Source: Spironucleus salmonicida (taxonomy: Eukaryota). From it: a DNA stretch of 64,000 nucleotides. The DNA lies in NCBI RefSeq assembly GCF_000497125.1, contig NC_090598.1:62001-126000 (forward strand), in the 5' to 3' direction. The notes below the pieces were generated by a model that worked only from the letters and a program-made list of their open reading frames with translations, made no database searches and was not told where the DNA came from. Of the stretch, positions 26,126 to 37,500 are shown one piece after another (the stretch's first letter is position 1; each line of letters begins with the position of its first letter). A program made the translations under genes and the position numbers.

Positions 26126-26395
26126 TTTAGAGGAGATGATTTAGAAACTAATAATATATTATTAAAATATGTTTAATATATATTAAATATTTAAACTAGA
26201 ATAATAAAAAGTTCTAAAACTGTAATTTTTAATCTCTAATCTTGAATTAATAGTATTCGATTCTATACAAAAAATGCAAGCAACACTTAGTTAAGTAAAT
26301 AGTACTATAATTAAAAACTTAATTTTACAAAATAAATATCAAATTGTATAATAAACAGAAATAATACAACTAATTTAAAAGTATCACTTAATTTA

Positions 26396-27817
26396 TCAAA
26401 ATCCAGCGCCAGTAGCCTTCTTAGCATAGTCTTCATACATTTTAACAAGACTAGTTGTAGCCATAAGTAAACCTGAACCGCTAACTAAGCAGCCAGAAAT
26501 ATCAGCAATCAAGCTGAGGAGACCCAAGATGATTCCACCGGTCATAGCGGCAACTGGGATGTATCTGTTGAGTTCCCTGACCATTTCCTGGTCGCGCTTG
26601 AACCCGGGTATGATCCACTTTGAGGCCTTAAGGTTCTGAGCAACGTCCTTAGCGGACTCCCCTGAAAAGTTAACCCACATCTTGGCAGCGAAGCCGGAGA
26701 TTGTTACCACGATAACAGCGTGAAGCAGGGTATGTATGGGGTGGAATATGGCAGATCTAAAAGAATACGGAGGGGCTAAAATCCATGCAAGGCCGCCTAC
26801 GGGGTAAGGGCTACCCGGGTTTTATTCATTCTCCTGCCACTTGCCTAAAATGCCAGTGACAAAATTATTGCCTAATTTTCTCCAAACAGCCTAGGATATC
26901 ATAAACACATTTTGAGTGACGGTTGATATGATCATCATGGGCGTTGATGAGGCATAAAGGAGCTTGATGGGGTAGGACTGCTGCATCTGGTCGCCAGCTT
27001 GCTCGTGAACAATCTTGATATTTTTCCTAATTCCTTAAAGGTACACAACAACGAAAAATATTACCAGGGTGGAGATGACATCTACCAAGTTGGGAAGGCC
27101 ATGACGTATAAAGGCAAGCTTCACGGCCTCGAGTTTGTTGCCTCTGTTTACAATCATGTAGATCGCTGCAGGAATTGCACCCTCGATCTCAGTGCCGTAG
27201 CCTCTGTCAATTTTCATGAACGAAAATGTTTTCCAAATGATGGACTCACAAGTCTAGGCAGTGGTGAAAAGTGACTAACCGGACCCGACGCCCCAACCCT
27301 ACTCCATCATGTGGTCCAGCATCTACAAGATAATAGAAGCACCAGACAACTGGAGGACGATTGCGATAGCATTGAAGGCGCCCAGTTCGGCAAAGTTACC
27401 ATACATACCAGTGAAGACATACAAAACGGCCTGACCGATAGTGAAAGCGGCGCCAACGAGAGATTAAAATCTACCAAAAAGTTCAGTTTCGTCTTAATCA
27501 TTTCTATTGAATCTAAGTAAACCTGCTGAAACACACATTCTTACTATTAATCCAGAAGTCATAGTAGGGCCTAATCCTAATTCCATAACAGATCCACGAG
27601 CAGAAGAAAAAATAGTTCTAAGCCAAAAAACAGGGTCTTTGGCAATAGTAGTTCTCATCCCATATAAAGGAATTTGAGAGCCTAATAAAAATACTGTTAA
27701 ACATAAAAATGTGTAGAACATCTTTAATTCTATAGTAACAGTGCTAGGAGCTTTTTATACATAAGGAATTAGCTTAGTATATGGTTCAATCGCTTTTAAC
27801 CATGAAGGTGGAGACAT
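26396..27817 (-). CDS. SEC61A: Protein translocon subunit Sec61 alpha (473 aa)
   Basis: QIPLYG, RGSVMELGLGP, GWGVGSGQSLF, GTEIEGA, YPIKLLYAS, SGESAKDVA and ELNRYIP motifs. Confidence 0.97.
26501..27470. repeat. 970-bp segment of Sec61alpha repeated in inverted orientation at 49057-50026
   Basis: Line-by-line comparison: 967/970 identical, no indels. Confidence 0.97.
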
Positions 27818-27836
27818 TTTAGAGGAAGTGAAGTGT
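27818..27836 (-). promoter_or_regulatory. C-rich pyrimidine motif immediately 5' of the ATG (example: Sec61alpha)
   Basis: cacttcacttcctctaaa-ATG. Similar tracts occur before the ATGs at 529, 1281, 23960, 26125, 31952, 34463 and 53178. Confidence 0.6.
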
Positions 27837-27943
27837 CCTCTAAACTTATAAATTACTCTATATTTATATATAATACTCATTTATGTCTAAAATTCTTAAA
27901 GTTATATTTATATTAATAATTATAGAATAATAATTACCTATTA

Positions 27944-29521
27944 ATGAATATATATGTCTTTATATCTTTCGTTCTTCCAGTAGTTCTAGCTCTCATTTAT
28001 TTTCTTGTATTAATGAAATTTTAGCCATTGCTTATAAATTCTATCAAAATAGATTTACTAATTGTTATTTTTTCTTTAATACCACCAATAATAGTTTCCA
28101 GTATATAAAATTTTAATTACAGTTCATATTTTTTTGGTGGATTATTACTAATAATGACGATCTCACTCTATCCTAGGATTCAGTATGCAAATCTATTGAC
28201 ACTTAGCTTATGTTTGTCTTACCTGACTACTATTATTATATTCATAATTTCTTTTTATTCAATATTTTAAAAATAAATTAACTACTATGATGGCTTTTAT
28301 CTTCTAGCTGTACTATTACCATTTACAAGTAATATCTATCTTTCAATAGCTTTAATAGTTAGAAAAATACGATTCAATTATATCCTTTTATAATTACCAA
28401 AAAATGGGAGATAATTTTACATAAATTACAGACTCTTTATTCCATAAAATCATCAAATACCATATTTAGAAAATTTTTAATGGCTATAATTATCCAGAAT
28501 GGCTGTATTAATTTAATGTTAAAGAAAAAGATTGTTTAAACTAATTATAAATAGATAAAAGATTTATGATGATATTGTAAACTAGATTAGTATAGCTCCA
28601 TTATATATGCTTAAATATCCTTTATTTGTCTAATTTAAAGGTGAAATTGCAGTAGATACTGGAGGTCTTAAAAATGAAATGGTCACTATTCTTTCTTAAT
28701 ATTTATTTGTTGACATTCAAACCTCGATATTTACTCTCAATGAGGATGGATAATATTTATTGACAGATAGGTGTTGCCCATAGAATGCTTTTTTATTAGG
28801 ATGGCTTATTGGTAAAGCCCTATATCATAATACAGTTATTTCCTTTAACGTATCCAATCTACTTTTAGCCATTATGTCTAATAATATATAATTCAATGAT
28901 ATATAAGATTATGATTTTTAGTTTGCAAAATTTATTTAAGATTCGGAGAATTATGATGATGTGTATAAGGAATACGTAGATATTTTAGGAACCCCAAAAT
29001 TAGTTAGCTAAAAACCTAGAAAAATATCTCTTTAGCATGCTGTGTATACCAGATACTTCAAAAACTCTATTGAATCTATAAAATATTTGTAGAAAGGCTT
29101 CATGTCAACATTCCCAATACCGGCTTCGTATTTTTTAAATACTTAATTAATCTCTACAATTTTTTCTACCAAATTAATATCTGTTGAGGATTGGCGAACT
29201 CATACTATTATAAAATGTTCTCATGAAATAGCAAATATTTTTTTCAATATGCTGGAAAATAACGAAACTATGAGGTCAAAGATCTTAAAATTTTCTACTG
29301 GTATGTCTAATGTTCCAAATAATAGTTTTTTATGGTTAGGAAAACCATTATTTAGTGGTGAAATTTAGTAGTAATTCAAATTAGAATCCATTGCCTCTCA
29401 TTTATTACCAATGAGTAGTACATGTTCATTTACGTTGAAAATACCTATAGTTTCAAGTGAAGAAATTTTACGATAGAGATTTTTGATAGCTTTGGAGTGT
29501 GATAATTTAGAGATTCCATGA
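27944..29521 (+). CDS. HECT E3 ubiquitin ligase with an N-terminal multi-pass membrane region (525 aa)
   Basis: VQFKGEIAVDTGGLKNE, LKFSTG and catalytic LPMSSTCSFTLKIP. The first ~140 aa are several hydrophobic segments. Confidence 0.9.
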
Positions 29522-29574
29522 TTAGATTGAATGGGAATACCATAATATTATTCAATTATTATTAAATATTGAAA

Positions 29575-30108
29575 ATGAAATATATTTCACTAAACGATGA
29601 ACTGTTAGGAATTATCTAGATAAAGTGTCAAAATTTGCCTCCAAGTAAATTTAAATAAAATATTGTAATTTATACATCTTAGCAAGCAACTCGTATACCA
29701 ATTGATATTTTAGAAAAACTTAATATTGACTATACTAATTTTATTAAATCAAATAAAGATGTAATAGTGGATGATGGAGTTATGCCATAAGGTACTGATG
29801 ATGCGTTAAAACTGATGAAAAACATGATATATAGTTAAAGTCTTGGTGAGATCTCTGAAAAATATGAACCTGGTACTTTTTAGATTAAAAAATAGGAAAA
29901 AATTATCCCAGTACATTTTTCTATATTAGATGTGTGTTTAACTACTTTCACACTATCATGTTTCGGTTGGTTTACTTCTATATCTAGGTAAAAATCTCCT
30001 ACTTACACAGCGACTGCAACTGTTGTATGTGGTTTCCTCGGCCTTATCATAGATACAATTTTGTGGTTTATAAAAGGAAATAAAATCAACCTACAAATGA
30101 AAAAATGA
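29575..30108 (+). CDS. Vma12/TMEM199-like V-ATPase assembly factor (177 aa)
   Basis: Soluble N-terminus, two C-terminal TM segments (…GFLGLIIDTILWFI) and a basic tail; call is architecture-based. Confidence 0.5.
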
Positions 30109-30113
30109 AAATA

Positions 30114-31133
30114 TCACTGATATTTATAAATATCTTTTGCATTCTAATTACATTTTTCAACTAACTCAGACAAACTTATATCTAAAGCTTAACTTAGTCT
30201 TGTTGCGATTTCAACCACCTGTTCAGGTCCACCTATTACAGCTCCGTAAGGAGAGTCGGTTTCTAACAATATGAACTTGTATCCTACATGTTTAATAATA
30301 CTGGCAATTTTTTTTGCACTGCTAAAAGAATTCATCGAACCTTTCCATCCCATATCATTCAATTGTTACGCTTGTTCCATAGTCCCCCCAAATCCATGGC
30401 TTATTCCCTTAATTTTAAATTATTTAACAATTTATAATACTGATCTTTACTATGATTCTTTATGACAATGCGTGATTAAACATTTTCCATATTTTTTACT
30501 TAGTTCACAATGTACTAATAAAGATCTCTTTTAAGCCTTAAATTCAGTTATTTAATGTTCTTCTACACTTATACCTGATTCTCCTATAGCAACTAATTTT
30601 GTGTTTTTAATATTTTCTTCAATAAATTGACGCAATAAAATACAATTTTGATCTAATTCTGCTATATTTTTAATGACAAAGTATGGATGAATACCAACTG
30701 TGAAATATAGTTATTTATTTTAATTCGCTAACTCTAAAGCAACCGACCATTCTGTAGGATTGGTAGCTATTATAACAATTTTTGAATTAAAATTCTATAA
30801 AGTATGATTAAAATTTAATGAAAATTTCTCAAAATGAGAAGGGAGAAAATGCGCATGTGTATCCATTATTTCAAGCTACTTTTGTGGTTATTTTTCATAA
30901 ACTAAATCATATTTAACTAATAAAGTTATTAAAATTGTTAAAATAGATGGGGAATTTACAAATAAATTTTCTATTGGTGGAATTGCTACTATATGTAAAT
31001 ATGATGATGGAAAATTTTAAGGTATTGTAAGAGTAAATATATATTTATTAGTAGTAAATTAAAGCTAAGTATTGCTTAGCTTAATCAGTGATTGAGCAAA
31101 AGTCAAATTTAACATGAATAACTCATCTTCCAT
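30114..31133 (-). CDS. TatD-family nuclease with an N-terminal RWD-like domain (339 aa)
   Basis: DTHAH, TVGIHP, AIGESGI, ITHC and LETDSP motifs. The frame is open 89 codons upstream of M-DTHAH to MEDELFML...FTLTIPQNFP. Confidence 0.85.
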
Positions 31134-31177
31134 TATATTTATTTCTCTTATTATATATTGATTTTGTATTAACGAAT

Positions 31178-31540
31178 ATGACGAAAAATTAGTTTTATCT
31201 AGTAACGATGACATATTCTGAAATAGCCAAGTATGATGCTCTAAATTAAGTTCTCTAAAAAATTATATAAGTATAGTAAACAATAACAATCAATATTACA
31301 GAAACAAGCAAACATAACTTCCTGAATTTTCACCCTATCAATAATGAAAACATCATTTGGAATACCTTAGATACCATTTCTAGTATACAGACAAATTTTA
31401 TACTAAATTTTGAGCTCCCTGGAATTCTTTAACTTAACAACTAAATCACATTCGCCGACTCAATCGACCTTATTAAAGGTGCCGCAATGGCCCATTTTAA
31501 GTAGCAAAATTTGAGAGAAATTATAAACTAAATTAAGTGA
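31178..31540 (+). CDS. Hypothetical protein (120 aa)
   Basis: Table-6 ORF ending in AGTGA. Confidence 0.6.
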
Positions 31541-31549
31541 AAAATTACA

Positions 31550-31879
31550 TCACAAACATGATTTTACTCGATCAATTTTATCTAAAATTGAATTGATTAA
31601 CAGGTCGATTTGGCGTGAAATTTCTTAAATTTCTAACTCATTTTCAGAGGCTTGCACATTAGCATTTTGTAACGTATAGGTAGGATATTGTTTTAATTGA
31701 AAACGTAGAGTTTAGACTTCATTCTATAAGATTTTAATACGGGATTCTCGCTGTTGCTAGTCGTATTTTAGTAAATTAAGCTAAATTAAGGGCTAATCAA
31801 TGTGTAGCTGAGAATTTTTAATTATTTGCTGCGTTAATTCAATGTCTTTAAGAATATTTGATTCCAAGGATTACTCCAT
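31550..31879 (-). CDS. Hypothetical coiled-coil protein (109 aa)
   Basis: MEQSLESNIL...RVKSCL*. Confidence 0.6.
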
Positions 31880-31951
31880 TTAATGAAATACTTATATATT
31901 TAGTTCATTATATAATAAATATAATACCTCTTCTATTCCCGCTTCTTTTAA

Positions 31952-32626
31952 ATGAAACGAACTTTTGTTCCATAGCATTCGCTAAAAGTAAATGATTTCT
32001 GTAAGCTTTTGATTATTAATTGCAATTTACCATAGTGTTAAGAAAAATTCATTGAAGTTGCTATAAATGATAGGGAAATCACAATTTAGACTCCTAAGTT
32101 TTCTAAGCATTTTTTAACAACGATGAAAATTCCTGAGTATTGTACATTACTTCCTGAATCTGTTCAAACCAAACATACAGGCCAACTTTATAATATTACA
32201 TATAAAGTTACAATTGATGAATCTAAAATACCTATGAAAGAAGTTAAATATCATGATAATCCTTCAACCTTGGTTTAATCTGAAATGTTAGCAGATGATA
32301 ATGCTACTAGGACAGGTATACCCGCAGTTGTTAAACCAGCAATCATAGAATCTAAATCAAAAGGGAAATTCACAACACAACCTCTTTAAAAAACTAGAGT
32401 ACTATCGAATATGATTAATAAAAAATTAAAATCTGAGTCAGAAGTATTAAAGAAAATAGCAGAAATTGCCATCAAGAAGGAAACAGAAAAACGTAGTGTG
32501 AAACTTGATCAAATTGAACACAAAGAAAAATAGATATCAGACTAATTAGAAGCTAGAGAAACTAGGAAGACTGCAAAAAGAACATAGGCTAAGAATAAAA
32601 AAGATTCTATGCTTAAAACAGATTGA
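31952..32626 (+). CDS. Hypothetical protein with a Lys-rich C-terminus (224 aa)
   Basis: Table-6 ORF preceded by the C-rich tract cctcttctattcccgcttc. Confidence 0.75.
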
Positions 32627-32711
32627 GATTTTATTCATTATCTATATGTTTCAATAAGTATATACAAATATATATATTAATAACACAATATGGTATCATT
32701 TTAATAAACAA

Positions 32712-33545
32712 ATGCTTTCGTCTTAAGTATGCACATAATTAGTCCCAGAATTAATAACCATTAAATAACTATTGGGGTCAGGATTCTATTCTGAAGTATA
32801 TGAAGGTGTATATAAAAATAAAAGTGTAGCAATCAAAATTATGAATTCTTCTTAAACTCCTGAAATGATGGAACGAGAATTATACTTTAACTAACTATCT
32901 CATCCTAACATAGCTAAAATCTATGGGTGGTACTAAAAGGATGATAAGTTTTATATTGTAATGGAGCTTTGTTCCGGTGGGGCTATATCCGAAATACTCG
33001 ACTTTATAACAGATGAAATTCGTGTGCGGATACTTTATTAATCAGCATTAGGACTATATTTTATGCATTAAAATTAGATGGTCCATCGGGATTTAAAGAT
33101 TCAAAACGTATTATTAAAGAAAAAAATTAATAGAGATATAAGTTAAGTGTAAACAAAAATTTCTGACTTCGGATTGGCAAGAAAACTTACTCTTGATTTA
33201 GAAAAAACTGAATTAGATCGTACAACGAGTAGATATACTACCGTTGGAACTCCACTTTTAATGGCTCCTGAAATTCTTATTAATGATAGTGTTTATAATG
33301 AATAAGTTGATATTTTTATGTTTGGACTTATGATATTAGAACTATTTCGCCAATGTACTGATCCTGATATTATAAGGGACTAATATTTCGGAATCAAAAG
33401 TGATGAGATAAGTAAAATGAACTTGCCTATATAACTTAAGGCTATTGTTATAAAATGTTGTGAAACAGATCCTCAAGCAAGACTTAGGTCAGAACATTTG
33501 GTTAAAGCATTAAAGTCTTTAGATAATTATTATAATGCGAATTGA
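32712..33545 (+). CDS. Protein kinase, TKL group, LIMK/TESK-like (277 aa)
   Basis: LGSGFYSEVY, VAIK, HRDLKIQN, DFGLAR, RYTTVGTPLLMAPE, YNEQVDIFMFG and DPDIIRDQYFG. Confidence 0.85.
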
Positions 33546-33950
33546 GTTTTTTAATCTAAAAGTAATGCGTATAATCACTCATTGTTTAAAAATAATGAAT
33601 AATGATACGGATCATCAGATATATAATATTAATTATCACTATACTTTACTCATAACTATTTATTTTCAAAAAATATGTTTTACAACTATTTTTAATAAAT
33701 TATTAAATATTGAGTTCTCTATAATCATAATTGTTAAGTGAGACAAATGATGATATTATAAAATAATATATAGTCATATATTAAAATAAGTAATATGTTT
33801 AAGATTATAATGTAAACTGATCAATAATATATTATCTCCTAAAATTAAGTTAACCAAGTTTACAATTTAATAAATTTGTAGCTAAAATATTACTTTTTAT
33901 TTTCTATGGTAAATCAAATATAAAATAAACCTTTATTAATAAAAATTAGC

Positions 33951-34463
33951 TCACTTAACAATCTTAAATATTGTCTTATTTGTACTAATAATACTAATTT
34001 CTAGTTCGCTGAAATGGTCTTCTACGAATTTTTAATATTTTTCAACTTACTCTTCTAGAAGTAATCCTCGTTAAAAGGCAATATTTGCCTATAAATATAT
34101 ATCTTTTACTAATTATAACTATGTTTAATAAAAATTAAATGCATTACGCTATTCTAAACTTTGTATTAATGTTTCCATCTAATAAAATTCATTTTTATAT
34201 TCAACTAGAAATGATAAAAATTATTTTTTGATATCAGGAGGTGGTATAAAAGGCAGTTCTTCTTAATTAATTAGTTCAAGTGCTTATTTTTTTGTTTATT
34301 ACTAAAGTTAAAATCTTTTATCTGAAGGTTAAATAAAATTACTAGTACTCTTTAACTTTAGATTAAATTTTTATAAATATTAATTAACCACGTATAAATA
34401 GTCTGGTAAGTCCAAAAATTATTTTGTTTAGTCTAATATTATGGATAGTACCAATTCATCCAT
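33951..34463 (-). CDS. Hypothetical protein (170 aa)
   Basis: MDELVLSIIL...FKIVK*; C-rich upstream motif and AGTGA end. Confidence 0.65.
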
Positions 34464-34523
34464 TTTTTGAATGGAGAAGAAATGGTAAATTTATTATAAT
34501 AAACAAAATAATATTTTAAATCC

Positions 34524-37500
34524 TCACCAAAATGGACACCATCCTACATAACTCTAGCACAAATTTTCAACGTTAGTTGCTGACTTTATCAGATAATTTA
34601 CTTATTAGTTAACTGATAATATTTGGGTTGTGTCAAACTCTCTTCCCTCTAGCTTGACTTTTATCCTATTTATAAAAACATCAGGCGTTAAATCATCTTC
34701 ACGAACAAGAGGGTCTTCTCTAAATGTTTCAAAAATAGCCATAATAGCCAATTTTTCTTTTCTAAAAACTGACATTGATAATCTAAAACAAGTAAAGAAA
34801 TGGCCATTAATTCCGTTAGCCTCCAATGCGTTGATTAACATTTTTGTTAATCTGAAGGGAACTTTTTCTGGCAATTTTTATCTCATCATAGCTGCTTCAA
34901 AGCAGTCACCAAAATCTATATGTAAAACATGTCCTGAGCTCTTTGTAACCATAATATTTTAAGGGTGTCTATCACCCAGTCCTAAAATATGACCTACTCC
35001 ACTCATAACAGCCAATGTTGAAGCAAATGCGGTTCGTCTTAGTAACCAATCTTCTGCAGATGACGAGTCATCCCAAATAGCTTGTCTCAGATCTTATGAT
35101 GAAGCAACTTCCATAACATTTTTATAACATTCTATTTTTTATAAAAGTGAACAGTTTGAATAAGGGGCCGCTCTTTATTTAAAATTAATGTCTTCTGTCA
35201 TTTCCTATACATTATGTAGTTAACGCTATTACTTAATCATATCATGTAAGGTTTCTGTTTTGGGAACCCAAAATAACATTCCACTTGTTCTTCCTAACGG
35301 CGTCACTGGATATCTTAATATCTTAAGTTATCTTATCGAACATTAATGATCATCATTCATAAGAGCATTGTTTAGTTTAAATAATTACATAACTCTTTCA
35401 TCTAAACGTAAGTCTTCTCTGCCCTTTAATAAATATGCATATATTTCGCCATCAGATCCAACTAAAGCCATCTTGCGAGGCCTTTATTTGCTTCGCATTA
35501 CATTCATGCGTGGTAACATTCTAAGCACGGTTAATTATTCACTATCTTACCCTGGTAAAGGAATAATTGAATTTCTTAACTAAAATAAATATGGTGATGC
35601 AAATTCCAACTCAATTGATGTCAGATTAAGAGATAGATTAAGTTGATGAACAAGCTCTATTAGCTACTATTTTGCTGACTCCACCAATTAAATTTATGAT
35701 GTTTTAATTCCTTGCTTTAATTTTGTAAATGAATCTAAAAATATACTTAAAAACTAGTCTTGGAATAATTTTTCACTTTATGAACTCTTATTTTACGTTA
35801 TTTCTGAATGAATTTGTGATATTGAATTATAAAACTACATTTATTTTTTATTGCTATTATATGCTAATACAGCCGCATTTATAGAATCATACGCCATTTC
35901 TGGCCAAAGAATTGCAACTTTGTTGAGCTCTTTCTAAAATTCTATCATCTAAGTAACAATCAATGGATGTTGTCTTCTAACTTCTTCTAATATAGAATAT
36001 GCAATAGATTAGTAATTGACATCTATTCGCTTTGTCGCTACTTAAAGTGGGAATGCCATAAATTACGGCTATGCAAGAGCTAAATCTTTAAGAATAGAAT
36101 ATATTGTATTATTCTTTTTAGAAAGCAATTATGGAACAGCATGAATAAAAGTCTTAATGTCTATAGACTGCATCTCTTCTAAAAATATTTAACATAATGC
36201 CTCTTAATTTTGAGACCAAATCTAAATAATTTTAAGTATAGATGCTATAATGAACTAATTAGCCCTTATACAAACGAAAAATGCACGGAAAGCTGTTTTA
36301 ATTAAATAATCTTTTTCCTCTTAATATAATTCTATATAAGAAAATGCTAAATTGCCTAATTCTGTTTAAATTTAAATATTATTTGCATTTAACACAGCTG
36401 CCTTTTCTAAAAGTCGAAGAGACTCTAATCTAATAACAGTAGTAACACTATCTTCAGGACTTTATGGAGCTTGTTGACTAATACCATTATCATCAACATT
36501 AGATTGATTATTTTAAATAGATTATTATAATATAACTTTCAATTCTGTTAAAATATCAACATTTATTGAATTCATTGATGCTTACTCCTTTATAATCCAT
36601 CTGGATTTTTCAATGCAAACATCAGACTTAAGTATTTTATCATTATCTACCTATTCTAGTAAATCGTTTAACTAATCTTAAATAATACTAATGTCCATAT
36701 TATTATCCCATTTATACTTTAATAAGTTAAATTAAATTTTATTATTAAATGTAACCGACGACGATTTTTACAATAATTGGTATTATTTTAATGCGAGATG
36801 CAGTTTTTTCTCTTTTAAACAAAGATCAGCAAACGTTAAATATATGACTTCGTCCTTTTACGGCAATAATATTAATTATCTAATTTTAATCGTATTTTAT
36901 GTTTACGATGAGTTTTCAATTCGAATATCCCAAATCTATTTAAGTTTAAGCAATTGTAAATGAGATGATTTATCATTATGGGATTTGAAGTATAAAACCT
37001 CCTCTAATAAACAAATATCTTACAATTATAATAGAATCGGATATGCTCTCTAATAACTTTCAGATAATGCAGATTATACTAAACTTAAAAGCTACTTAAA
37101 TTAAATATTAATTATTGACTAAGCCTCTGTAAATTCTTCATTCTTTAGGAATTGTAATATTTATAATATATTACGCTGGTCTTCCCCAACTAATAATAAC
37201 CAGTCGTTAAGTTATTATATGTTTTATAATTCATAAGCTGCTTATGCACAAATTAATGCAACTTATTATTAAAATTATGTTAAAAATTATATTTACAGTT
37301 GCTAGTCAATAGGGAAATCAATCTATTTATATTTATTAGCTTCTTCTAACACTAGCTCATAAAACCCTGAATTGTAATAACATTATATTTTTTAAATTTA
37401 AAGCAACTAATATTATCGTATTTATTCTTTTAACTTAGAAAAATCTCTTCTTTAGATTAATGTATAAAGAGTTGTGATTTATTAATCATACTTTAAGATT

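Noticed and set aside
33747-33820. Box C (ATGATGA) and box D (CTGA) about 70 nt apart
   Set aside because: The interior is extremely AT-rich with no terminal stem or recognisable guide; likely chance.
33730-33962. 13-bp inverted repeat attgttaagtgag / ctcacttaacaat resembling MITE termini
   Set aside because: One arm is the end of a CDS and both contain the common AGTGA signal; no target-site duplication is seen.
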